Source of the DNA: Tissierellales bacterium
GTDB taxonomy: Bacteria > Bacillota > Clostridia > Tissierellales > JAOAQY01
DNA length: 38,081 nucleotides
Direction: 5' to 3'
NCBI GenBank assembly: GCA_025210965.1
Contig: JAOAQY010000030.1
Span: 1 to 38,081 of the forward strand
Both the position numbers and the translations under genes were made by a program. A model generated the notes under the pieces. The model had not been told where the DNA came from, searched no databases, and saw nothing but the letters and a program-made list of their open reading frames with translations. Positions 1-8,821 of this stretch are shown here, piece by piece. Position 1 is the first letter of the stretch; each line of letters opens with the position of its first letter.

Positions 1-575
1 ATCATGTTGTAAAGTTCTACTGATTCGCCATTTTCTTCCCAGTCTGTAATAAGTTCTATTTCTCCATCGTAGTGATTAAATTCTACATCAATTCCCTCAG
101 ATGTAACTATACGTCTTTTACCTCTATTTAAGAATATCTCAGCCGAGTTTACTCCACCAAGTTCTTCCATATCATTTTTGTAAATACTATCTTTAAATCC
201 CATCATAAGTTGCATTATATCTTCTTTTGAAAATTGACTCTCTATAGCCATTGCTTCTTTTTCACTTGGTTTAGCCATAGGATAGTATGGATTCTTTACA
301 AAAGTTGCTGCATAAGCTGCCTTCTCAAGAATTTTTTCAACATCGGATTTTTCCATAGTTGGAGAAATACTTACAGTAGATGATCCCATATATTTTTGGT
401 CATCTTCTTCAAATACTCTATAAATAGTAACTGCATAATTTACTACAGCCTTTCCCCTGTTCATATCTAAATCCTTTTTTATAAAGAAAAGCTCTTTAGA
501 TTCTATAGTATCTTCTATTATTTTGTAGTGATCAACTTCTAATCCTGATATGACTGACTTAATTATTTCTAGCAT
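1..575 (-). CDS. PmbA/TldE-family protein (TldD partner), C-terminus truncated by window edge
   Basis: Minus-strand reading frame starting with ATG at 573-575 that overlaps the TldD stop (TAATG). Translation MLEIIKSVISGLEVDHYKIIEDT... has the PmbA/TldD fold but no HExxxH. It is not in the ORF track because it runs off the window. Confidence 0.75.
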   Translation of the reverse strand, partial: MLEIIKSVISGLEVDHYKIIEDTIESKELFFIKKDLDMNRGKAVVNYAVTIYRVFEEDDQKYMGSSTVSISPTMEKSDVEKILEKAAYAATFVKNPYYPMAKPSEKEAMAIESQFSKEDIMQLMMGFKDSIYKNDMEELGGVNSAEIFLNRGKRRIVTSEGIDVEFNHYDGEIELITDWEENGESVELYNM

Positions 576-2035
576 TATGCCAACCTCCCTTTAGCTTTGA
601 GATAAGGACCACCTGTCGATGTTTTTACAAATTCTTTGTAACCTTTACCGCAAGCTCCTGTCCCAGATAATTTGAAATCTTTCGAAACCATAGATATAGA
701 CTTAAGTAAATCTGGTACATAACCAGTCAAATAAACTGGCGCCACTATCTTACCTGTCAATTTACCATCAATTATCTCTCTACCCTTCATTGCAACACAT
801 TGAATTCCCCAGTTTTTTGGATCTTCCATACCGCTTTGGAAACCTTCAAGTAAATATCCATTTTCTATAGATTTTACCATTTCATCTAATGTGCTCTCTC
901 CTGGTGAGAAGAAAGTATTTGTCATACGAGCATATACTTTTCTTTCAAATGACTCTCTCTTACCATTTCCTGTCGGTACAGTCCCTAACTTCATAGCAGA
1001 AAGTAAATCTGAAATCCCTGATTTTAGTATTCCATCATCAATTACTACAGTATCTGTTCCAATAGTACCTTCATCATCAAATAGATATGATGATACTTCT
1101 GTAGCTGATTTTGCTCCATCATGCATTCTAACACCATTTGCAGCAACTGCTTTATCAACAAATTCCACAGCTTTTGCTCTTTGCTTTACAAACATATCCA
1201 TCTCAACTCCATGACCAAATGCTTCATGAGCTATAAGTCCTGCCATATCTGGGTCACAAATTATATCATATTCACCAGGAGACAGTCTCTCTGCTGATAA
1301 TAAGTCCTTAACTTCATTTACCGCAACTTGAAGACCTGAATGCATTTCATCAAGTATCTCTGCACCTTTCATTCCAGAAAATCCTTTAAAAGCGTACTTT
1401 ACACCTTCTTCATTTCTTCCAATAGGAATCAAATAGCTACTTACCCAATTATAAGACTGCTCTAAATCTTTATTTGATGAAATAAATAACTTGCACACTT
1501 TAACACTCTCATATATAGCTCTAAAGTCAATTAAAAATTCTGCAAGACTCATTCCTTCATTTTTCAAATCAGTAAGTGTATTGATTACATCTTTTGGAGA
1601 CATAGCTTCTGGATCTTTTTCTACTTCACCATAAAAGCTTTCGCTAATTTCATCCTCTTCTATTACAGGATATTCTACAAATTCCATCCCCTGTGATTTC
1701 AAATTATCTACATCGCTTTTCGCAATAGTTTTTATTCGCTTTTCTATATCAGACAAATCATCCATGGTATTAAATGAATACTCTGAATAACCTATTCCAT
1801 TGTATACCCTTGCTACAAATCCTCGCTCTGACCAATTAGACTCTCCAATAGATGCTCCAGTCTGAGTAACTTGATACTTCGTTCCCGTTGTATCTGAACC
1901 CAAAACCGAAACATATTTAAAGTCTTTTCCTAAATTGCCAACAAGTTCTTTCAATCTAGTTTTGCTCTCTTGTAAAAACTTAGACATTTCTACTTTCATT
2001 AAAGTCCCCTCCTTAAAATCATTCAAACACTTCAA
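575..2035 (-). CDS. tldD: TldD-family zinc metallopeptidase
   Basis: 486 aa with the HEAFGHGVEMD (HExxxH) motif and the conserved C-terminal GxC/GGP region typical of TldD. Translationally coupled to the downstream PmbA-like gene. Confidence 0.85.
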   Translation of the reverse strand: MKCLNDFKEGTLMKVEMSKFLQESKTRLKELVGNLGKDFKYVSVLGSDTTGTKYQVTQTGASIGESNWSERGFVARVYNGIGYSEYSFNTMDDLSDIEKRIKTIAKSDVDNLKSQGMEFVEYPVIEEDEISESFYGEVEKDPEAMSPKDVINTLTDLKNEGMSLAEFLIDFRAIYESVKVCKLFISSNKDLEQSYNWVSSYLIPIGRNEEGVKYAFKGFSGMKGAEILDEMHSGLQVAVNEVKDLLSAERLSPGEYDIICDPDMAGLIAHEAFGHGVEMDMFVKQRAKAVEFVDKAVAANGVRMHDGAKSATEVSSYLFDDEGTIGTDTVVIDDGILKSGISDLLSAMKLGTVPTGNGKRESFERKVYARMTNTFFSPGESTLDEMVKSIENGYLLEGFQSGMEDPKNWGIQCVAMKGREIIDGKLTGKIVAPVYLTGYVPDLLKSISMVSKDFKLSGTGACGKGYKEFVKTSTGGPYLKAKGRLA

Positions 2036-2171
2036 TAACGTAAAAAAAATTTTAACGTTTTATTTTCTACATTCTATCATATATTTTTTCTTTTTCAAAT
2101 AGAATAATTTTTGTTTAATCAAACTCACCTCACGTAAACCATTGAGGCAAGCTTCTGCTAAATAGATCTAT

Positions 2172-2215
2172 ATTTTTTGAGGGAGCCCTTCTAATTAGAG
2201 CGGCTCCCTCAAAAC
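2172..2215. other. GC-rich hairpin (GAGGGAGCC...GGCTCCCTC) downstream of DUF2156 gene; atypical terminator without a proper trailing U-tract
   Basis: Perfect 9-10 bp GC-rich inverted repeat flanked by T-run on one side and A-run on the other. Confidence 0.35.
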
Positions 2216-2247
2216 AATTCAGATAAAAATTTTATTCACTAGCGAGT

Positions 2248-3165
2248 TCACTCGCCAATAATTTTAATAGTGTACTTTTCAATCATTTTCTGAGGATGAT
2301 ACGAAAGTTTTGACTTTCTAAGAGACTCTATTCCCAAATCCTGTTCTCTATTTATCCACTTCAAACTATTCTTTTCACTATTTACCATTTGATAAAATAA
2401 CATAGTATACGCCCCAGTATACTCAGTATTAGCCTTTTCTATATGTATTAGCATCATATCATCAAAGACTAGCTCTGATATGCTAAATCCAACTAATACA
2501 TTTTCATCATATAATAGTCCCATCCTTATTGGATGTTCTTGCCATTTATCTACTATTTCCAATATTCCCTTAGACTCATGTATCAATGTATTGTAGTCTT
2601 CTCTATGTTTCGATAACCAGTAGCTCATAATTTTTGCAATGTCATCTTTTTGGCTTCCATCATAAAATTCAAATCTCCAATTCGGATATGTTCTCATGAA
2701 TTTATTCACATGATTTTTTTTCTTATGATATTTCTTGCCCGATAAATTTTTTAGCTTGGAAAAATCATATACATAATCCATCTCTTCAGCTCTAGCATAA
2801 ATTTCAGCATCTATCTCCAATTTTTTAAATTCAAATACAAAGGATTCATCTGCTTTTTTTATAATTAGCCCTCTATTTAGCGTTTTTAGTTCTTCCTTCA
2901 AATTCATAATAGCTTTCTTCAATTTATCTAAATCTTTATAGTCTCCAACTGGCTGTGAAAAATACCACTTATTTTCCTTTATATTTATAATCCATATGTA
3001 ACCTTCAAACTCTAGCCAATGAAAACGATACTTTTCTTTCCAAATATATAGATTAGTGAGATTTACATCAGAAGTATGTGGTCCCCACTTTTCAAAATAC
3101 GGCTTCAAATATTTCAGGTCTTCATAATCTAGCGGTTTTATTAATTTTTCAATCAAAATTTCCAC
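2248..3165 (-). CDS. DUF2156 / lysyl-phosphatidylglycerol-synthase C-terminal-domain-like (GNAT-fold) protein
   Basis: 305 aa soluble protein. The size and the pattern KYLKPYF...TNLYIWK...W.EFEGYIWI are what I recall for stand-alone DUF2156 proteins. No HMM run. Confidence 0.4.
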   Translation of the reverse strand: MEILIEKLIKPLDYEDLKYLKPYFEKWGPHTSDVNLTNLYIWKEKYRFHWLEFEGYIWIINIKENKWYFSQPVGDYKDLDKLKKAIMNLKEELKTLNRGLIIKKADESFVFEFKKLEIDAEIYARAEEMDYVYDFSKLKNLSGKKYHKKKNHVNKFMRTYPNWRFEFYDGSQKDDIAKIMSYWLSKHREDYNTLIHESKGILEIVDKWQEHPIRMGLLYDENVLVGFSISELVFDDMMLIHIEKANTEYTGAYTMLFYQMVNSEKNSLKWINREQDLGIESLRKSKLSYHPQKMIEKYTIKIIGE

Positions 3166-3234
3166 CTCCCATATTATGTTTACCCAAAATATTCGACAAC
3201 CTATTTTTAATATTTTTTAATAAATTTAGCCAAA

Positions 3235-4644
3235 TTATTTGATTTGCTTGAATTTATAACCTTTAGCTTCTAATGTTTCTATAACTCCTGTTGAACCATA
3301 TAAATGACCAGCTCCAAATAACACGAAGTAATCATCTTCACTTTCATCTTCAAAATACTGCTCTATCTTCTCTGCCATATTTATATTTCTCTTATCCCAA
3401 AATTCTCTTTCAAATTCGCCTCTACTAGCTTCCATTTTAGGGCTACTAATCATCATCTCTAACTCATAAGCTTCTCCATTTTCCCACGCTGTGAGCATAT
3501 CTTCTCTAGCTTCCTGAATTTTTGTCATGTCTTCTTTTGATTCATCTGATTTCTCATCAGCAGTTTCCAAAATGTCTTTTAACATATCTATCTGCATCTT
3601 TTCATCAGAATCATTAAACAAGTCTGTTTGGAATTCCCAGCCCTCTAATTCAACAACTTCCTTTTTGCCGAGATTTCTTGCTACAAAATACATATCTGGC
3701 CCCATAATTGTTTCAGTAGCTGGACTTTCAGTCAATTGTGTCTGTAAAAATAAATTCATAGCCCATGGTTTTAACTTCATATACACTTCTGGGTCTAAAT
3801 TCATACTAACTATTTTTTCCTTTAATTCATTGTATAGTGACTCGCTCAAATGATTTTTCAAACTCTCTTCGCCTTGATAAAATTGTCTGGTGGTAAAATA
3901 ATTAAGTCCTTCTTGGTCTGATAAATCTAGCTCTACAACCAATTTTTCAGCCTCATCAAAGGCTTTGTATATATCTTCTTGGAATGGATAGCTCTTTGCC
4001 TGCAATAAATGCATTGTTCCAAGTATATACATCGATTTATTGCCCTTTGTCACCTTATAAAAAGTCCCTTCTGAAACCTCATCTGTCATTTTTTTAGCTG
4101 TCTCATATAACCTCGCTGACAATACATATGCCATTTCTCTACTAGCTTTATCTTCTAAATTCAAATCTTTTAGATCTAAACTGCTGAGCACGCCTCTATA
4201 TGTCATAGCATAAACAGCATCTGATAATTGCGATTTATAAAGCGCTTTGTGTTCAACTGGTGCATCAAAATCTACATCTGGCATGGAAGCTTCAAGCGCT
4301 CTATAAAGTGCCACACACACCATTCTTCTATTGATTTGATCAGTCTCTGATATATTCTCTGTAAACTCTGGAATATTATCTTCATCACATTGCGATTTCA
4401 ATGATTGATATAGGTTCAGGCAAAGTTTTTCTAAAGCCTCTTTTGAAATATTTTCGCTGAAATTCCCCCAATCATTATCATCTATCAAATCATAATAATA
4501 AGCCATTTGTGAGTCAACTAGTGCCCAATCACTGGGTAATTTTAGCGTTTCTTGTGCATTTACTTGACCTGCTGGCAATAAAGCTGTAAAAAATGCTATC
4601 CCAGCTGCCATTAGTATTGATTTCCATTTCTTTTTCATATTCAT
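3235..4644 (-). CDS. Secreted TraB/GumN (TIKI-like) family protein with N-terminal extension
   Basis: 469 aa with signal peptide MNMKKKWKSILMAAGIAFFTALLPAGQVNA. The C-terminal half carries the GTMHL motif and the terminal FVLFGAGHLYGSTGVIETLEAKGYKF typical of the TraB/GumN family. Confidence 0.7.
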   Translation of the reverse strand: MNMKKKWKSILMAAGIAFFTALLPAGQVNAQETLKLPSDWALVDSQMAYYYDLIDDNDWGNFSENISKEALEKLCLNLYQSLKSQCDEDNIPEFTENISETDQINRRMVCVALYRALEASMPDVDFDAPVEHKALYKSQLSDAVYAMTYRGVLSSLDLKDLNLEDKASREMAYVLSARLYETAKKMTDEVSEGTFYKVTKGNKSMYILGTMHLLQAKSYPFQEDIYKAFDEAEKLVVELDLSDQEGLNYFTTRQFYQGEESLKNHLSESLYNELKEKIVSMNLDPEVYMKLKPWAMNLFLQTQLTESPATETIMGPDMYFVARNLGKKEVVELEGWEFQTDLFNDSDEKMQIDMLKDILETADEKSDESKEDMTKIQEAREDMLTAWENGEAYELEMMISSPKMEASRGEFEREFWDKRNINMAEKIEQYFEDESEDDYFVLFGAGHLYGSTGVIETLEAKGYKFKQIK

Positions 4645-4750
4645 AATGAATTCCCCCTTTTACTCAATTATAGGATGACAGAATTTTCTTAAATTCATCT
4701 TAAATTCACGTTGCAATTTATGTTTTTTTGATTTTTTTGTCAATCATTAT

Positions 4751-4779
4751 TTGCTAAGTTGAGTATTCTATGATATTAT
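4751..4779 (+). promoter_or_regulatory. Putative sigma-A promoter (TTGCTA-17-TATTAT) driving the MFS leader
   Basis: Hexamers and spacing read directly. The region is AT-rich, so chance matches are possible. Confidence 0.35.
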
Positions 4780-4950
4780 TTACGAATAATAAAAATACGA
4801 TTTCAAAGGAGAACTTAGAATATGCCAGCCGTTAATCCGATTTAATTAATCTTAGACACTATAATTTTTTAAATGCTTGATTTTATCAAGTTGTTTTTTG
4901 TGTCTATATTTGTATCGGGTTAAATACGGCTACCTCCTATTTGCTTAGAG

Positions 4951-4980
4951 AGTGTAGTCTATTTGACTACACTTTTTTTA
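4951..4980 (+). terminator. Strong intrinsic terminator/attenuator in the 5' leader of the MFS gene
   Basis: Perfect 9-bp stem AGTGTAGTC/GACTACACT with a 5-nt loop, followed by TTTTTTT. It lies 20 nt upstream of the AGGAGG RBS and the ATG at 5000. There is no upstream plus-strand gene to terminate. Confidence 0.6.
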
Positions 4981-4999
4981 TATTTTAGGAGGTTTCAAA

Positions 5000-6145
5000 A
5001 TGAAAATTAAACGCAATGTTTATATACTTTTTACAATCATATTTTTACAAGGATTTGTATTCTACGGCCCTATTGCCACTCTTTACAGACAGTCTCGTGG
5101 TCTAGGCTTAGGTGAAATATTTCTGATAGAATCATGTTGCCTTGCTATTATGATTTTACTTGAAATTCCATGGGGATGGATTGCCGACAGAATCGGATAT
5201 AAGAGGACTTTAATTCTAGCAAATGGTTTCTTCTTTATTTCAAAAATTATATTTTGGAGAGCTTTTGGATTTTATTCATTCTTGTTGGAAAGAATTTTTC
5301 TAGCTGTTGCAGTGTCAGGAATATCTGGCTGTGACCAAGCTCTCTTGTATGAATCTATTGACAATAAAAATTCGGATAAAGTTTTTAGTCACTACGCTAT
5401 GATCTCTAGCCTAGGTTTTCTATTAGCTTCTGGTATTTCGTCTTTTATCATACAATTTGGAATGGAATGGACTTCATTTTTCACTATATTTCCATATGGC
5501 ATTAGTCTGATACTTTCCTTTTTCTTAAAGGACCTAGATCATCTGAAAAAGTCTAATACATCGATTTTCAAAAATATTAAAGTTGCTATTTCAAATAAAA
5601 ATATAGTGTATATAGTTGTTGCCGCTGCTATGTTATTTGAAATAAACCAAGCAATAACAGTATTCTTGAATCAAAACTTGTATATAAAAGCAAGTATTCC
5701 TATAACTTATTTTGGTCTAATACTAATAATAGTACAGATAGTTAGATTGAGCGCTGGAAAGTCATACAAATTAGTTAGGAGATTTGGAAATTTCAATACA
5801 CTTTTAGCGATATGTTTGCTAATTGGTATCATTTGTTCTCTGCTAATCTTTACAAAATCTCCATTTGTAGCTATACTTGGCGTCGCATCTATAGCTGGGC
5901 TTGTAAGCATATCTCAGCCAATAGTATCAGATTTTCAAAACAAATCTATTTCTAGTGGCGATCGCGCTACTTTATTGTCTATTTATGCCATGATTATTGA
6001 CTGCATAGGTATTCCAAGCAATATCATAATAGGTAGATTCTCTAATATTAATTTTGTTTATGGTTTTGCAATTTGTAGTATGATGGCTGTTTTAGCTCTA
6101 TTATTTGTATATCTAGCTAAAAAATCTATTTCAAGCAATTCATAA
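5000..6145 (+). CDS. MFS-family transporter
   Basis: 381 aa with about 12 predicted TM segments and MFS motif A (WIADRIGYKRT). AGGAGG RBS present. Confidence 0.8.
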   Translation: MKIKRNVYILFTIIFLQGFVFYGPIATLYRQSRGLGLGEIFLIESCCLAIMILLEIPWGWIADRIGYKRTLILANGFFFISKIIFWRAFGFYSFLLERIFLAVAVSGISGCDQALLYESIDNKNSDKVFSHYAMISSLGFLLASGISSFIIQFGMEWTSFFTIFPYGISLILSFFLKDLDHLKKSNTSIFKNIKVAISNKNIVYIVVAAAMLFEINQAITVFLNQNLYIKASIPITYFGLILIIVQIVRLSAGKSYKLVRRFGNFNTLLAICLLIGIICSLLIFTKSPFVAILGVASIAGLVSISQPIVSDFQNKSISSGDRATLLSIYAMIIDCIGIPSNIIIGRFSNINFVYGFAICSMMAVLALLFVYLAKKSISSNS

Positions 6146-6156
6146 GATTGATACAC

Positions 6157-6199
6157 CTCTTTTCGTGGTATTTATACTATATAGAATAGAGGTGTTTTT
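6157..6199 (+). terminator. Hairpin (ACACCTCT...AGAGGTGT) plus T-run between the MFS and HK genes; it contains the HK RBS
   Basis: 8-bp stem with a 27-nt loop, followed by TTTTT then ATG. Confidence 0.4.
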
Positions 6200-8230
6200 A
6201 TGTTTAAAAACTGTAAAATAGGAATAAGACAAAAATTATTTTTGCTTTATTTTTTGATGCTTACTATAATAATGATCGTAGTTGGAAGCTTTAGCTTGAA
6301 TTATGCAACTAATTTTATGAAAAGAGATGCTGAAGAAAAATTGCATTTAATCTCAGCTGAATACACTGCAAGATTTAATTCTCAACTAAAAAATAGCATC
6401 ACTGTTATACGATCTTTAGAATCAATTGTACTAGCAACATTTGATACTAAGGCTGTTTTTAGCGAACCAAATTATCTAAAAAATTATAAAAATTACCTTA
6501 CTCCAATAGTATACGAATTCGCATTAAATTTCGAAGATGTCTATATTTACTTCAATCCTGACTTGATAAATGAAGCTCATGATATATGGTTCATAGATGC
6601 TGATGGCGATGGAATGTTAGATAGAATTCCAGAGGCCACTATGGATTACTATGACAATGATTACGAAAAAAAAGCATGGTTCTATCAACCAATACTTCAA
6701 GGAAAAGCTATATGGACAGATCCCTATCCTTCAACATTCGACATTCCATTTATATTTATATCTCATACAAAACCCTTGTATAAAGACGGACATTTATTAG
6801 CTGTAATAGGTACTGATTTCATATTTGACGACATAAAAAATGATTTAGAAAATCTGAAAGTTTTTGATTCAGGTTACGCAATGCTCATAAATGATAGAGG
6901 AAATTTCATAATTCATCCTGACTTCTCTATCGACGATCATATATCTGAAGTTAATAATGGCGGTTTCAAATCATTTTATGAAGAAATGAAAAATGAAAAT
7001 AGCGGTCTAATCGAATACACTTGGTATGATAATCAAGAAAAAGTATTAGCATTTCAAAAATTAGACAATGATTGGATATTAGCTATGTCAGTAGCTAAAG
7101 ATGATGTCTATGGTCATTTAAATTCATTTTTATCAAAATTAGCTTATATTTTGGTCATATGCATGCTAATTTCAATGATTATAGTTCTGTTTTTGAGTAA
7201 TCAAATAGCAACACCTATCGAAACGCTTTCATCTAAAATACACAAAATAGGCTCTGGAAATTATGATGAAAAATTACCTGAATCGTATCTATTGAAATCA
7301 GATGAATTGGGTATTCTTGCAAGATCAATAGACTCTATGAAAAGAAATCTTCAAAGTTCATTTAAGACTATACAAATGCACAATATAGAACTAGATATGA
7401 AAATTGCAGAAAGAACTCAAGATTTACTTGCAATGAACGAGGAACTTCAAGCTACTTTAGAGGATTTACAAAATACTCAAGACCGCCTATTAGAAGCTCG
7501 AAAACTAGAAGGCTTAGGTCTAATGCTAGGTGGAATATCACATAAACTTGGAAGCCCTGTCGGCAATGCTATAACTAGCGTATCTAATTTCGAAACAAAA
7601 TTAAATACGCTAAATGCTAAATTAGTTGAAGGCAATTTGAGCAAAAAATTCTTAGAAAAGCAATTAGATGAACTGATAGATTTATCGCAATTTGCAACTA
7701 TTAGTTTGCTTTCTGCTAACAAGATACTTTCATCATTGAAAGAAATCAACACAAATCCTAAGCATGGTATTTTTAAAACATTTAAATTAGAAGAAGTTTT
7801 TGAAAATACATCTCTTAGAATAAATGATTTATCTGGAAATCAAAAAATTGATTTCTACTTGGACTGCAAAAAAAGCATAGAAATTAAATTTTACCCTATG
7901 CTTTTTCACGATATTTTGTTAAATTTAATAAAATTTTCTGTATACTACAATTTACAAAATACACTCCATGGTCAAATTTTTCTATCACTTAGCGAGTCAC
8001 AAGGTCATATAAAACTCTCTTACAAGGATTCTGGTCCAGCCATAACTACAGATCAGAGAGATTTATTGTTCGATCCCTTTACTCTCTCTAGATTTACTAG
8101 GCATGCATCAGGTATAGAACTATACAGTGTATATCACTTAGTTACAAATACTCTCTCTGGTAGAATTCACTATATGTCTAGCGAAGATATGATTGTCATA
8201 GAATTTGACAAAAAGGATTTAATCCCTTAA
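6200..8230 (+). CDS. Sensor histidine kinase, dCache-HAMP-HisKA-HATPase architecture, with a degenerate ATP-binding domain
   Basis: 676 aa with two TM segments flanking a ~270 aa extracytoplasmic Cache-like domain, a HAMP-like segment, a coiled coil and an H-box ISHKLGSPVGNA. The C-terminal GHKL region has LFDPF. The N-box reads LLNLIKFSVYY (conserved Asn replaced), G1 is DSGPAI, and G2 is degenerate. Confidence 0.7.
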   Translation: MFKNCKIGIRQKLFLLYFLMLTIIMIVVGSFSLNYATNFMKRDAEEKLHLISAEYTARFNSQLKNSITVIRSLESIVLATFDTKAVFSEPNYLKNYKNYLTPIVYEFALNFEDVYIYFNPDLINEAHDIWFIDADGDGMLDRIPEATMDYYDNDYEKKAWFYQPILQGKAIWTDPYPSTFDIPFIFISHTKPLYKDGHLLAVIGTDFIFDDIKNDLENLKVFDSGYAMLINDRGNFIIHPDFSIDDHISEVNNGGFKSFYEEMKNENSGLIEYTWYDNQEKVLAFQKLDNDWILAMSVAKDDVYGHLNSFLSKLAYILVICMLISMIIVLFLSNQIATPIETLSSKIHKIGSGNYDEKLPESYLLKSDELGILARSIDSMKRNLQSSFKTIQMHNIELDMKIAERTQDLLAMNEELQATLEDLQNTQDRLLEARKLEGLGLMLGGISHKLGSPVGNAITSVSNFETKLNTLNAKLVEGNLSKKFLEKQLDELIDLSQFATISLLSANKILSSLKEINTNPKHGIFKTFKLEEVFENTSLRINDLSGNQKIDFYLDCKKSIEIKFYPMLFHDILLNLIKFSVYYNLQNTLHGQIFLSLSESQGHIKLSYKDSGPAITTDQRDLLFDPFTLSRFTRHASGIELYSVYHLVTNTLSGRIHYMSSEDMIVIEFDKKDLIP

Positions 8231-8538
8231 TCTACGTAATCTAATATATATCGTTTTTCAAAGGCGCCTCTATCGGTCGCCTTTTTTTCTTTTACTTCAA
8301 GTACCTTATCTCTAGATATACCGTATTCACTCATGAGCGCTTCTAATACCTCTAATATATCAGCCATTTCTTCAGCACAAGGTTCATCTCTAAATTCACT
8401 TGCCTCTTCTATCAATTTTTCATGAAGTTTTTCTCTATACAATTTCGTATCAGCTATTTCTAATTTATACGTTTTGCCCGAACTCTCAATTATTTCAGGT
8501 ATTTTGTCTCTAATTAATTTATTATAACTCTTTCTCAT
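8227..8538 (-). CDS. MazG-like all-alpha NTP pyrophosphohydrolase (house-cleaning nucleotide pyrophosphatase)
   Basis: 103 aa with the pattern LIRDKIPEII...EEASEF...EEMADILEVLEALM typical of the small MazG/HisE-like NTP-PPase family. Overlaps the HK stop by 4 nt, convergent. Confidence 0.65.
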   Translation of the reverse strand: MRKSYNKLIRDKIPEIIESSGKTYKLEIADTKLYREKLHEKLIEEASEFRDEPCAEEMADILEVLEALMSEYGISRDKVLEVKEKKATDRGAFEKRYILDYVD

Positions 8539-8753
8539 AAATAATCCCTCCTATGAATTGTTTTACAAACTATTTTACCACAAATGCTATATTGCAAGTT
8601 TTGTTTCATTTTATTCTTTTTTTCAAATGTATTTGTATATTCTGGGCTTTCTAACAAACTTCATTTTTCAGAATATTTTTACTTTCGTTATTTTTATTTA
8701 TTTTGTTGCAAATATATGTTAGAATAATTTTATTACAAATTCGAAATATTTCT

Positions 8754-8805
8754 TCAGATCTTTTGACTGTCGTGCTTTCTTTCAAAAGATCTGATATTTA
8801 TTTTT
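8754..8805 (+). terminator. Terminator-like leader hairpin immediately upstream of the AGCS transporter RBS
   Basis: Perfect 13-bp stem TCAGATCTTTTGA/TCAAAAGATCTGA (8754-8766 and 8782-8794) with a 15-nt loop, then TATTTATTTTT, the AAGGAGG RBS and the ATG at 8822. Confidence 0.55.
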
Positions 8806-8821
8806 AAGGAGGTTTTTTTAT

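Noticed and set aside
8540-8750. Expected glycine riboswitch upstream of the AGCS symporter
   Set aside because: None of the conserved glycine-aptamer blocks (GGAGAG, ACCGAAGG, CACCG) are present. The leader is almost pure A/T apart from the hairpin at 8754-8794.
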